Shown here piece by piece: positions 38,645-47,241 of a stretch of 64,000 nucleotides of DNA. The notes below the pieces were generated by a model. It searched no databases. It was not told the DNA's origin and saw only the letters and a program-made list of their open reading frames with translations. Numbering within the stretch: position 1 is the stretch's first letter; each line of letters starts with the position of its first letter. The DNA comes from an uncultured bacterium (GTDB taxonomy: Bacteria > Oederibacteriota > Oederibacteriia > Oederibacteriales > Oederibacteriaceae), in assembly GCA_965112635.1 (NCBI GenBank), contig OZ218778.1:960001-1024000 (forward strand), given 5' to 3'. A program made the translations under genes and the position numbers.

Positions 38645-38926
38645 GTGAGTATGGCATTTGATAATAAGAAAAAAGTGACCAAGCATGTTTTTGTCCTAAA
38701 CTGGAAGGGAGCAAAACAGATTAAGGTTTGCGGGAGCTTCAATAGCTGGGACAAAGCTGGAATTCCGATGAAAGACAAGGGCGGATTATGGACCGCAGAG
38801 GTTGATTTGGCACCGGGAAGATATGAGTATAAATATATCGTGGATGGGAAATGGCATGCTGATCCAGCTACAGAGCGGGTCTGGAATGATTTGGGTTCGG
38901 AGAACTCGGTAGTAAATATTAAATAA
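38645..38926 (+). CDS. Glycogen-binding (CBM48/AMPK-beta-like) domain protein
   Basis: GSFNSWD...W...L.PGRYEYKYIVDGKW..DP. Confidence 0.88.
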   Translation: MSMAFDNKKKVTKHVFVLNWKGAKQIKVCGSFNSWDKAGIPMKDKGGLWTAEVDLAPGRYEYKYIVDGKWHADPATERVWNDLGSENSVVNIK

Positions 38927-38960
38927 TTCTTTTTGTAAGGTAAAAAGTCAGCAAGGAACA

Positions 38961-39179
38961 ATGATATTGAAAAAATTAGTATTTTCATTTTCAGCACCCT
39001 TAAATAAATTGGATTCGATAAAACAAACTTACGGTTGTAGGCATAGCAACCCTGGATTTTGTTACAGGAATTTTGTAGTGGGTAAATGTGCTTTTATTGA
39101 GCCAGACAAGATTTGCAAAGCACCTTCAAATGCTTGGCCTAAACAGTTCCTGAAGCTAAAATCAATGAACTCTTTGTAG
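38961..39179 (+). CDS. Small Cys-containing hypothetical
   Basis: GCRHSNP.FC......CAF...KIC..P...W. Confidence 0.6.
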   Translation: MILKKLVFSFSAPLNKLDSIKQTYGCRHSNPGFCYRNFVVGKCAFIEPDKICKAPSNAWPKQFLKLKSMNSL

Positions 39180-39247
39180 TCAAATTACTTCAGTTACACT
39201 CTGAGCAAACAGTGTGGGGTCAAACTTTATGACAAGAATGGGTTGGG

Positions 39248-39421
39248 TTAGGAAGCTTTAGTATCACCATGTTTCTGGACAAATTTTTTAATATCATCAA
39301 TGTGCTCTAAAATTAATTTAGCTTTCCTTAGTCCAAAATTAAAAGGAAATCTGTCTTCCTCCATTGCCTTTAAAATAAGTACCGGGCTTCCTTTATATTC
39401 TGATTCTTCAACAATTGGCAT
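39248..39421 (-). CDS. 57-aa hypothetical (absent from ORF track)
   Basis: MPIVEESEYKGSPVLIL...FPFNFGLRKAKLILEHIDDIKKFV; GGAGG RBS. Confidence 0.7.
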   Translation of the reverse strand: MPIVEESEYKGSPVLILKAMEEDRFPFNFGLRKAKLILEHIDDIKKFVQKHGDTKAS

Positions 39422-39588
39422 GACAATCCTCCCTTTAGTTATATAAGTTTCAAGATAATCATATCATTGGGTATAACTAACATTACATTGCCCTTTGGGC
39501 ACACCGCCTGACATAACATGATAAATACCTTTTAGTCTTCAAATCTCATGGTTTTCTCTTGTTATTCTTTGGAATTGAACCACCCCGG

Positions 39589-40401
39589 TCAAGGGGGTGC
39601 TAATACAGGAAGCGTGGGATAGAGCCTGGTCGCGATGGCCAGCACGCCCGCGGAGCAAGCGGCCAACACGGCGATATCTTCACCCACGCTGTAAAAGACC
39701 GGCTGGAGCAACAAGCTGCGCAGGCCGTCCACCAGGTAGCTCATGGGGTTGACCGCGGCAAAAACCTTGAGCCAGTCCGGCATCATCGCCACCGGGTACA
39801 GGGCGTTGGAGGCGAAGAACAAAGGCATGGTCACGAGCTGGCCGATGCCCATCATGCGTTCGCGGGTGCGCACGATGGAGGCGATGATCATGGAAAATCC
39901 CGTGAACAGGGTCGACCCGAGCACCGTCAGCAGGATCAGGAACAGGACCCGGTCCAGGCCCCACTGCAGATGGATGCCCAGGAGCGTGGCCAGAGTCAGG
40001 ATGACGATGAGCTGGCTGAAGGAGCGCACCGAGCCGGCCAGCATCTTGCCCAGCACCAGGGCGGAACGCTGAATGGGCGTGGTCAGCATTTTTTGCAGCA
40101 CCCCCATGTCCCTTTCCCAGATGATGGACAGGCCGTTGAAAATAGAGACAAAGGTGATGGACTGCGCCAGGATGCCCGGTGTCAAAAAAGCCAGGTAGCT
40201 GACGTCGCCTGTCGGGATGACGCGCATGTGGTTGAAAGCCTCCCCGAAGAACAGCAGCCACAGGGCCGGTTGCAGGCTGCGCGAGATGACCTCGGTGGGG
40301 TCCTTGAAAATTTTCAGGGTCTCCATCTCCACGATGACCCACAGGTGGTAAACATACATGAAAGCCTGGTTGTTCTTTTTAACCGAGTCGGTTGGCAACA
40401 C
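39589..40401 (-). CDS. ABC-2 exporter permease (DrrB-like)
   Basis: QP.LWL..FG, Y..F..PG, PLFFASNALYP, NPMSY. Confidence 0.9.
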   Translation of the reverse strand: MLPTDSVKKNNQAFMYVYHLWVIVEMETLKIFKDPTEVISRSLQPALWLLFFGEAFNHMRVIPTGDVSYLAFLTPGILAQSITFVSIFNGLSIIWERDMGVLQKMLTTPIQRSALVLGKMLAGSVRSFSQLIVILTLATLLGIHLQWGLDRVLFLILLTVLGSTLFTGFSMIIASIVRTRERMMGIGQLVTMPLFFASNALYPVAMMPDWLKVFAAVNPMSYLVDGLRSLLLQPVFYSVGEDIAVLAACSAGVLAIATRLYPTLPVLAPP

Positions 40402-41182
40402 GCCTGCTCCTCTTTACGGTCCGCCAGTCCCCTTCTTCGAGGTCTTTATGGCCCGTCAACTGGATGAATATCTGCTCTAAACTGGCCTTGGGATTATGGA
40501 CCCTGCGGCGCAGCTGGGACAGGGTCCCGATGGCTGTGATCTTGCCTTTATGCATAATGGCGAAACGGGAGCTCAGTGCCTCCGCCTCCTCCATGTAATG
40601 GGTGGTCAGCAGGATGGTCATGCCATGGTCCCGTTGCAGCTCCTTGATATGCTTCCACAATATCTCGCGGGAAACGGGGTCCAGCCCCACGGTGGGCTCG
40701 TCCAAAAAAACCACCTGCGGCTGGTGCAGCACGGCCTGGCCTATTTCCAGCCGCCGGATCATGCCTCCCGAATAACGGGACACTGGCCTGTCCGCCGCCT
40801 CGGTCAGGTCCAGCATGTCCAGTATCTTGGGAATGCGCTCCTGCCGTTCGTCCGCGCTCAGCCCGAAGAATTTGCCGAAAAAGGAAAGGTTCTCCCGGCC
40901 GGTCAGGGTGCCGTCCACGGACACGGACTGGGGCACATAGCCAATGGACTCTCGCACCCGCGCGGGCTGCCGTTTGACAGAGAAACCGTTGATCTCCACC
41001 TCGCCACTATCAAAAGGAAGCAGGGTGGTCATGATCTTGATAGTAGTGGACTTGCCCGCGCCGTTGGGGCCCAGCAGGGCAAAGCTCTCGCCGTGCTGCA
41101 CGTCAAAATCTATGCCGTCCACGGCAACTACTTTGCCGTAATGCTTGACAAGTCCGCGTACTTTAATAATAGGTGTTGGCAT
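40379..41182 (-). CDS. ABC exporter ATP-binding subunit (DrrA-like)
   Basis: GPNGAGKS, YSGGM, LDEPT, TTHYMEEA. Confidence 0.92.
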   Translation of the reverse strand: MPTPIIKVRGLVKHYGKVVAVDGIDFDVQHGESFALLGPNGAGKSTTIKIMTTLLPFDSGEVEINGFSVKRQPARVRESIGYVPQSVSVDGTLTGRENLSFFGKFFGLSADERQERIPKILDMLDLTEAADRPVSRYSGGMIRRLEIGQAVLHQPQVVFLDEPTVGLDPVSREILWKHIKELQRDHGMTILLTTHYMEEAEALSSRFAIMHKGKITAIGTLSQLRRRVHNPKASLEQIFIQLTGHKDLEEGDWRTVKRSRRVANRLG

Positions 41183-41192
41183 GAAATCCTCA

Positions 41193-41226
41193 CTGTCATT
41201 CTGAGCCCGTAGGGAGAAGAATCTCT
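41193..41226. repeat. Short palindromic repeat of TGTCATTCTGAG...GAAGAATCTC type
   Basis: Matches a recognisable intergenic REP-like pattern; single copy in the window. Confidence 0.4.
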
Positions 41227-41250
41227 CTTTTAATCTAAAACCTAAGCGTT

Positions 41251-41451
41251 CTAAACGGAATTTATTTTCTTTAACTTACCCCATCCATGATAGCAAAAAA
41301 TTGTCTTATCTAAACGCCTGATCACGCATTGGCCGCATTGGGGTTTTGCCCGGCAGACCGAGTTGCCATGATGGTCTATCAGGGCGTGGAACTCATTGTA
41401 CAGATAACTGATATCCGTTATATCAAAGCCAACTGTCTCTATTTCTGTCAT
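41251..41451 (-). pseudogene. C-terminal fragment of an endonuclease III-like protein
   Basis: YNEFHALI..HG...CRAKPQCGQC (FCL-like motif); N-terminal domain missing. Confidence 0.6.
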
Positions 41452-41564
41452 TATTTTACCTCGAAATTCGTCCGGTTAAAAAAATATCCTGTTCTTGTGA
41501 ATATTTTCCCCCTAAAATGAGACAAAGAATCCCGCTGGTCTGTTTAGGACACGGGCATACATGT

Positions 41565-41618
41565 TGATACAAATTGGTACATTATTGATAAGTATTCCAC
41601 ACAGATTCCTTATAGAAT
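41565..41618 (+). promoter_or_regulatory. Regulon promoter 1: tandem 10-bp operator plus -10 TAGAAT
   Basis: TGATACAAAT-TGGTACATTA; TAGAAT at 41613. Confidence 0.65.
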
Positions 41619-41698
41619 TCAGGAACAGATAAAGCATTTGAGGAGGTGAATTAGATTAAAAAATTAACTGTAGAAAAAATCATCCATAGGGAGGGAAT

Positions 41699-42190
41699 AT
41701 GAAAGGTATCAAGGGTTTATTATTGATAGGGGTTTTAGTTTTAACCTTATTTTTATCAGCTGGATTTGTGTTGGCTCAACAAAACATTCCTGGCGACCAA
41801 GGTGGTAATGGTGAAAAGGGTAAGTGGGCAGATAAGCTAGGGCTGACCGCAGACCAACAAAGTAAGGTGGAGGCTTTACAAAAAGATATACAGGGAAAAA
41901 TGAAACCTCTGAGAGATAGTGATATGGACCTTCTAAATCAATTAAAAGTGTTAGTTGATAGTACAGGTAGTGATAGTGATATCAACGGTGTGCTGGATAA
42001 ACTGGCCAGCAATAAAACACAAGAGCAGGATTTGGAAAAACAGCGTTCTGATGGAATGAAACAGATATTAACTCCCATTCAGCAGGCTAAAATGGTTTTG
42101 GGAATGGCCAAGAGAAAATTGGATGAGATGAAAAAACAGAAAGATAAAGATGATAGTGCCGGCAATAAAGACCAAGGTGAAAATAAGTAA
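41699..42190 (+). CDS. Spy/CpxP-like periplasmic protein
   Basis: Signal peptide; LGLTADQQ and ILTPIQQ motifs. Confidence 0.8.
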   Translation: MKGIKGLLLIGVLVLTLFLSAGFVLAQQNIPGDQGGNGEKGKWADKLGLTADQQSKVEALQKDIQGKMKPLRDSDMDLLNQLKVLVDSTGSDSDINGVLDKLASNKTQEQDLEKQRSDGMKQILTPIQQAKMVLGMAKRKLDEMKKQKDKDDSAGNKDQGENK

Positions 42191-42262
42191 AAGGTTTTTA
42201 AGCAAATATAAATATTAATATTTAATAGAATTTATATTCAAACAGATCAAGCATTAAAGGAG

Positions 42263-42475
42263 GTGAATGACATGAAAAAACTTATCTCAGCATTTCTTGG
42301 GCTGTCTCTTCTTTTTGGTAGTCTAACTTTAGTATCAGCACAGACTTCCGCTCCCACAGCTCCTGTTTCCAAGGTTCAAAAAGTTAAAAACCATAAGAAA
42401 CAGAACTGTAAAAAGGGTTCTAAGAAGAGCTGTAACAAAGGAGCAAAAAATGGAGTAACACCTACAGCAAAATAA
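42263..42475 (+). CDS. Small secreted Lys-rich protein
   Basis: Signal peptide; AGGAGGTG RBS (likely ATG 42272). Confidence 0.65.
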   Translation: MNDMKKLISAFLGLSLLFGSLTLVSAQTSAPTAPVSKVQKVKNHKKQNCKKGSKKSCNKGAKNGVTPTAK

Positions 42476-42518
42476 CCATTGATGCTGGAAATATAGCAAC
42501 TAAGAAAGGAGAGCGTTT

Positions 42519-42905
42519 ATGGTAGCGATGAAGTGCTTAGGTTTCATGTCATTTGTTCCAGCCACATTGTTAGTGACTGTCAGTTTTTTTGTACTGATTG
42601 TCTTGAAAAAAGCTGACACCCAATGGCTCAGAATATTTGGTTACTGTGTGGCGGTCTTGCTCTGGATAGCAGCCGTGCTGGTTTTCACGGCTGGGATTTT
42701 CCACTCAGGCTGTGGTTTCAACCATCACCGGCAGGGGATGCAATGGCAGGGCGGGGATCAGAGGCACGGACGATTTATGGACTGGCAGCACAATGGCGGA
42801 AATTGGGATAAACAGAAACATCAATGGATAATGGATAATAAAGAAGGCAATGAACAAGGCAGTGAGCAAGGAAAGGAAGATGTAAAAGGCAAAGGGAAAA
42901 AGTAA
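42519..42905 (+). CDS. 2-TM membrane protein
   Basis: VSFFVL...FGY..AVLLW, then a polar tail. Confidence 0.7.
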   Translation: MVAMKCLGFMSFVPATLLVTVSFFVLIVLKKADTQWLRIFGYCVAVLLWIAAVLVFTAGIFHSGCGFNHHRQGMQWQGGDQRHGRFMDWQHNGGNWDKQKHQWIMDNKEGNEQGSEQGKEDVKGKGKK

Positions 42906-42938
42906 GGATTAATGTGTGAATAGGTAGCCCCTATCCTT

Positions 42939-43760
42939 TTGGGGTGGGGGTTGCCTTTTCTTCAAGGGGTGTGGAAAATTAAAAATTTCATTCTCCTTTT
43001 ATTCATTCTGGTTTGTATCCTAATCCCGTCCCTTATTATCACTAATAATTCGTTCGCCGAGGCAAAAGACTCCTTTTATTTAGGCCTGAACTGGGGTTCT
43101 AAATTAAGTTCTGATTCTAATCTAAGTCAATATGCTGTCCCTGATACCAGCGGCTCGGATTCAAATTATTTAACTGACCTAAAAATTGGTTATCAATTTT
43201 CTAATCCTTTTGGATTGGAACTAGGTGCGGAAATTGGACCAACTGGCAGTTTTAGCGGTAGTGATGCAGGCGGGCCTGTTTCTTCTTCTGAAAGAATTTC
43301 CACCGTATTTCTTATGCCGACCTTTAGACTTCCAATACAGGATAATGTGTTTGCCGGAATCTTGATCAACACTTTTGGGTTCCGTCTGGGAGAATCATTT
43401 TTGCGGGATAATATTTCGATTCCTGGTGGTTCAGCAGGAGCAGTTTCTCTCAATGGCAACACAGAGGACTTTAATTTTGGTCTAGTTTATCGGCTGGAAC
43501 AATTTATAGTTGGTCATTTTAGTCTTGGTTTTGAGTTATCATATGATTTTAATAAGTTCAATGGTTTGAATATCAGTAATGTTTCTGGCAGTGGAACCAA
43601 TATTATTGCGCAAACACCCCAAGCTGATTTGTCAGGGCTATCACTAAAAATATCTTTAACCTATTGGTTTTCCTTACCTTTTGATTTGGATAAGTCAAAC
43701 TCGAAACATGATGATTTTAAATGGTGGAACCCCAAAAAATTCTTTAACTGGAACTTCTAA
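42939..43760 (+). CDS. Outer-membrane beta-barrel protein
   Basis: Signal peptide; ADLSGLSLKISLTYWF resembles ADFSGLALKVSLAYYF of 37260-37991. Confidence 0.7.
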   Translation: MGWGLPFLQGVWKIKNFILLLFILVCILIPSLIITNNSFAEAKDSFYLGLNWGSKLSSDSNLSQYAVPDTSGSDSNYLTDLKIGYQFSNPFGLELGAEIGPTGSFSGSDAGGPVSSSERISTVFLMPTFRLPIQDNVFAGILINTFGFRLGESFLRDNISIPGGSAGAVSLNGNTEDFNFGLVYRLEQFIVGHFSLGFELSYDFNKFNGLNISNVSGSGTNIIAQTPQADLSGLSLKISLTYWFSLPFDLDKSNSKHDDFKWWNPKKFFNWNF

Positions 43761-45358
43761 TTTCTATTGGGCAAAACTACTATATAAAAACTTGGGGATA
43801 AAACGGTCGGTTGATTTCAAGAGTGAGATGGAATGGGCAAGATGATAAATCAAAATATATTTACTTTGCATCTAAAGAATGATCTTAAAATATTGGCGAT
43901 ATTTTTCATGGGAATTTTCTTCATGCCAAGGAGTGTTTGTGCTTTAGGTACTGCTACGGTTTCCAGCTCTGACATCTTTCTTTATTCCGATGACTATTTT
44001 CCAAACCTATATCTGGATACTTCGAGTACCTACAGCCCTGCCAATGCCGATTTTATCTATAGAAGCAATCAAGGCTGTGAGGATGATTACGGCCTTAATA
44101 TTAGTGATGCCTGGTCCAGCAACATCGTCCTCAACGTTGACGGGACAGTGACCGGTGCTTCCTATGACTTTCCAATCGTTTCTAATATGACCGCGACCGG
44201 CTCCGGCCTCGGTGCTAGTCTGGACACTGTGCTCTTAGGTGGCCAAAGCTCCCCAAGCAGCGACATTCAGGTCAGTCTGCATTACGAGATCGTCGCCAAC
44301 CCGCAAACCGGAGCAGGACCAGATACGGCCATGATCAGGATCACGCTAAAGAATAACGGAAGCGTTTCCCACAATGTCGGGTTGCGGTTTGAGGCCGACA
44401 CTTTGGTCAACGGGAATGATGGGGCCAATATCTCGGTCAATAACGGCGGCTCCGTCATCTCGACCAACACGATATGGAGAGCGAACTCCGGTGGAATTCC
44501 CGCGAACTGGTGGGATTATGATATCCCTCCCCCTGGGACGCCGAACCTGATCGGCCGGGGGTCTATTTTGGGGAATCCCTTTGGCGTGGCGGCCACGCCT
44601 CCGGACGCCTTGGAAGTGGCTCTCTGGGATGATACCAACGGGGAAACTCAATGGACCACAGCAGCGCCGGGGCATACCATCACAGATAGTTCCGTTGTTT
44701 TCTGGTGGACCGGAAGCGGGTCGGAAAGTTCGGTAAACCAGGCGCTGGCGCCGGGCAGTAGCAAAAGTTTTGTCACCTATTACGGCATCAATCAGGGAGC
44801 TCTTTTGTCAACACCCACGGTCACCTCCACCCCGACAAGATCTGCAACCGCGACGCCAACCATAACTGCCAGCGTGACCGCGACCCAGACCTATACACCT
44901 TATACCTCTACCTATACCATTACCACCAGCCAGACATTCACCCTGACCGAAACTCCTATTCCCTCTAACACCCTGACCCTAACTTCAAGTCTGACTTTTA
45001 CACCGTCCTTTACCGAAACCAAGACGCAGACAGTGACCCTGACCCCTACCTCCAGCCTGACTTATACAACGTCATTTACCCAGACTCAGACACAGACAGT
45101 GACTCTGACCCTTACCTCCAGCCTGACTTTTACGCCTTCGTCTACACCAAGCGAGACCTATACCTCTACCTACACCTTGACCTCTAGCCAGACATTAACT
45201 TCATCCCAAACTCTTACTCCCTCAAAGACCCTGACAGCTTCATTCACACTAACTTCCAGTCCGACCTCTAGCGCTACTCCCACCTGCACTCCTACTCCTT
45301 ATGGGCTTTTGCAGATATTGGAACATATTCCCTATCCCAATCCCAGCGGACCTGAAGG

Positions 45359-46793
45359 GGTTGTGTACCATTCCTGGGTGTAACTTCAACGAGGGGAAAG
45401 GCAAGGTTAGATTGCAGCAATCTAACCTTGCGGCCCCAAAAATAAGTCCACGGGCGTAGACTAGGTGATTGTCTAGGTCACCAAACCCAAACTAAAAGGA
45501 GGTCTACACCCGTGAAGTCATTATCCCAAAGAATTGAGATTTATACGAACCAGAAAATCAGAGAAAAAGTCAGGAAGATCGCTCAGCCCGGTGTCGCTCT
45601 GGAAGTAATTGGCCAGGAGGTCAATGCCATCATTGCCCAGGCTTTAGATATTCAACTGGAGGCTGAAAGGGACGAGTTTTTGGGCCGTCAGCCTTATGAA
45701 CGCCTTGAAAACAGCCCTAAAAGAAACGGTTTTAAATCCACCTCTGTCCCCGGCTTTTTTGGCAGACTTTTTCTGCACAAACCAGCTCTACGCCAGGGGT
45801 CCCTTCACTCGCCCTTGCTTACCGCCCTCAAACAAGCTGGAAAAGGCCTGGCTTCCTTCCTCGCCATCCGCTTCTGGCTCAAAGGCGCTGCCACTCGCTC
45901 TACCGCCGCTGAGATAAATGCCGCTTTGGGCACAAAGCTCTCTCACTCCACCGTCTCCACTCTCACCAACGCCTTGGAGCCAGCCATCCGTCAGTGGATG
46001 AATCGTCCCATTCCTCCCAACATCACCTACCTGCTCCTGGACGCCGCCTACCTGCCTGTCAGAAGACCTGGTTTTACCTCCAAACAAGCTCTATTGCTCG
46101 CCCTAGGCATGGATTCCTTTGGCAATCGCCATGTCCTGGGTTTCCTTCTCGGCGATAGAGAGTCCTTGGACTCCTGGCAGGCTTTTATCAATGACCTCCT
46201 CAAAAGAGGCCTTAACCGCAACACCCTCAGGCTCGTCATCTCCGATGAACACAAGGCCATTGAGCAGGCCGTCAAAAACCTCCTGGCTGTCCCTCACCAG
46301 CTCTGCCTGGTCCACAAGATCCGAAACCTCAGAGCCATTATGCCTCGCCGTGACTGGGGTGCCTTCCTTAACGATTTCAAAGCTATCTATTGGGCCGATT
46401 CCCGCAAACTGGCTCTCCAGGCCTTTGGCCGCCTCCAAGCTCGCTGGATGAAACTCTATCCTAGAGCTACGGCTATGGCTCTCGATAGGTTCGACAACCT
46501 CACCACCTTCATGAACGAACCCCAGCATGTCTGGCGCACTCTCCGCTCCAGCAATCTCATCGAACGCTTTATCGCCGAGATCAAACGGCGCACCCGTGCT
46601 GCCGGCACCATGCACTCCGAATTGGAGGTCGCTAAGATCGTCTGGTCTGTTTCTACCACTCAGGAAGATAATTGGTCTAAAAGAAAACTCTGGAAATCTC
46701 AAGGAGGTGATCTGGTTCAGGAAGGCTTGCTAAATGTTGCTTAACCTACTACCCGTGGACTTAACAACTTACACCCGAAAACTTGACATAATC
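45359..46793 (+). mobile_element. IS256-family element copy 2 (1435 bp)
   Basis: Same TIRs as copy 1; TSD CCTGAAGG. Confidence 0.95.
45512..46744 (+). CDS. IS256 transposase
   Basis: Protein identical to 27740-28972. Confidence 0.95.
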   Translation: MKSLSQRIEIYTNQKIREKVRKIAQPGVALEVIGQEVNAIIAQALDIQLEAERDEFLGRQPYERLENSPKRNGFKSTSVPGFFGRLFLHKPALRQGSLHSPLLTALKQAGKGLASFLAIRFWLKGAATRSTAAEINAALGTKLSHSTVSTLTNALEPAIRQWMNRPIPPNITYLLLDAAYLPVRRPGFTSKQALLLALGMDSFGNRHVLGFLLGDRESLDSWQAFINDLLKRGLNRNTLRLVISDEHKAIEQAVKNLLAVPHQLCLVHKIRNLRAIMPRRDWGAFLNDFKAIYWADSRKLALQAFGRLQARWMKLYPRATAMALDRFDNLTTFMNEPQHVWRTLRSSNLIERFIAEIKRRTRAAGTMHSELEVAKIVWSVSTTQEDNWSKRKLWKSQGGDLVQEGLLNVA

Positions 46794-47153
46794 CCTGAAG
46801 GCACCATGAAATTTTACGTCCTAATAAACGATATCCCGGACTGGGTGACTTTTAAGATCTACACCACATCCTTCAGGTTGGTTAAAATTCTTTTAGTGGA
46901 GAGTCTGCAAAACAGCGGATTGATGCAGTTGTTCTATGACAGGGGATTGCTGAATTACAGGTTTGACATACCTTACGATATTAAGGATTGGTACGGGAAA
47001 CCCTTGGCAAATGGTTTATATTACTACGCTTTAGATGCAAGTAAAACATATGCCACCAAATCAAATGTACTCTATAGGGTTATCGGAAAGTTCGTGGTAC
47101 GGAGATGAGGTGGATTGTAATTCTTCAATGCTAATAAATTAGGCTAATTGTTT

Positions 47154-47217
47154 TAATACAAATTGGTACAAACTGATACAAAAGGGACAATCATTAAAGT
47201 TTGGATAATTGTAGAAT
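47154..47217 (+). promoter_or_regulatory. Regulon promoter 2
   Basis: TAATACAAAT-TGGTACAAAC-TGATACAAAA; TAGAAT at 47212. Confidence 0.65.
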
Positions 47218-47241
47218 TAAATTACTTTTTGTAGAAGGGTA

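Larger units (their letters stand above)
43833..47108 (+). pseudogene. Secreted Thr/Pro-rich surface protein with FlgD-Ig/T9SS-like C-terminal domain, split by IS256 copy 2
   Basis: IS removal restores ...PYPNPSGPEG-TMKFY...KIYT..FRLVK...G.PLANGLYYY...GKFVVRR (610 aa). Confidence 0.85.

Noticed and set aside
44810-45300. Nucleotide-level repeats suggesting a repeat array or DGR template
   Set aside because: Explained by the Thr/Ser/Pro stalk codons; no reverse transcriptase is present.
46734-47108. 124-aa ORF here and the 245-aa ORF at 53566-54303 as independent genes
   Set aside because: Their N-termini derive from IS sequence; they are C-terminal halves of IS-split genes.
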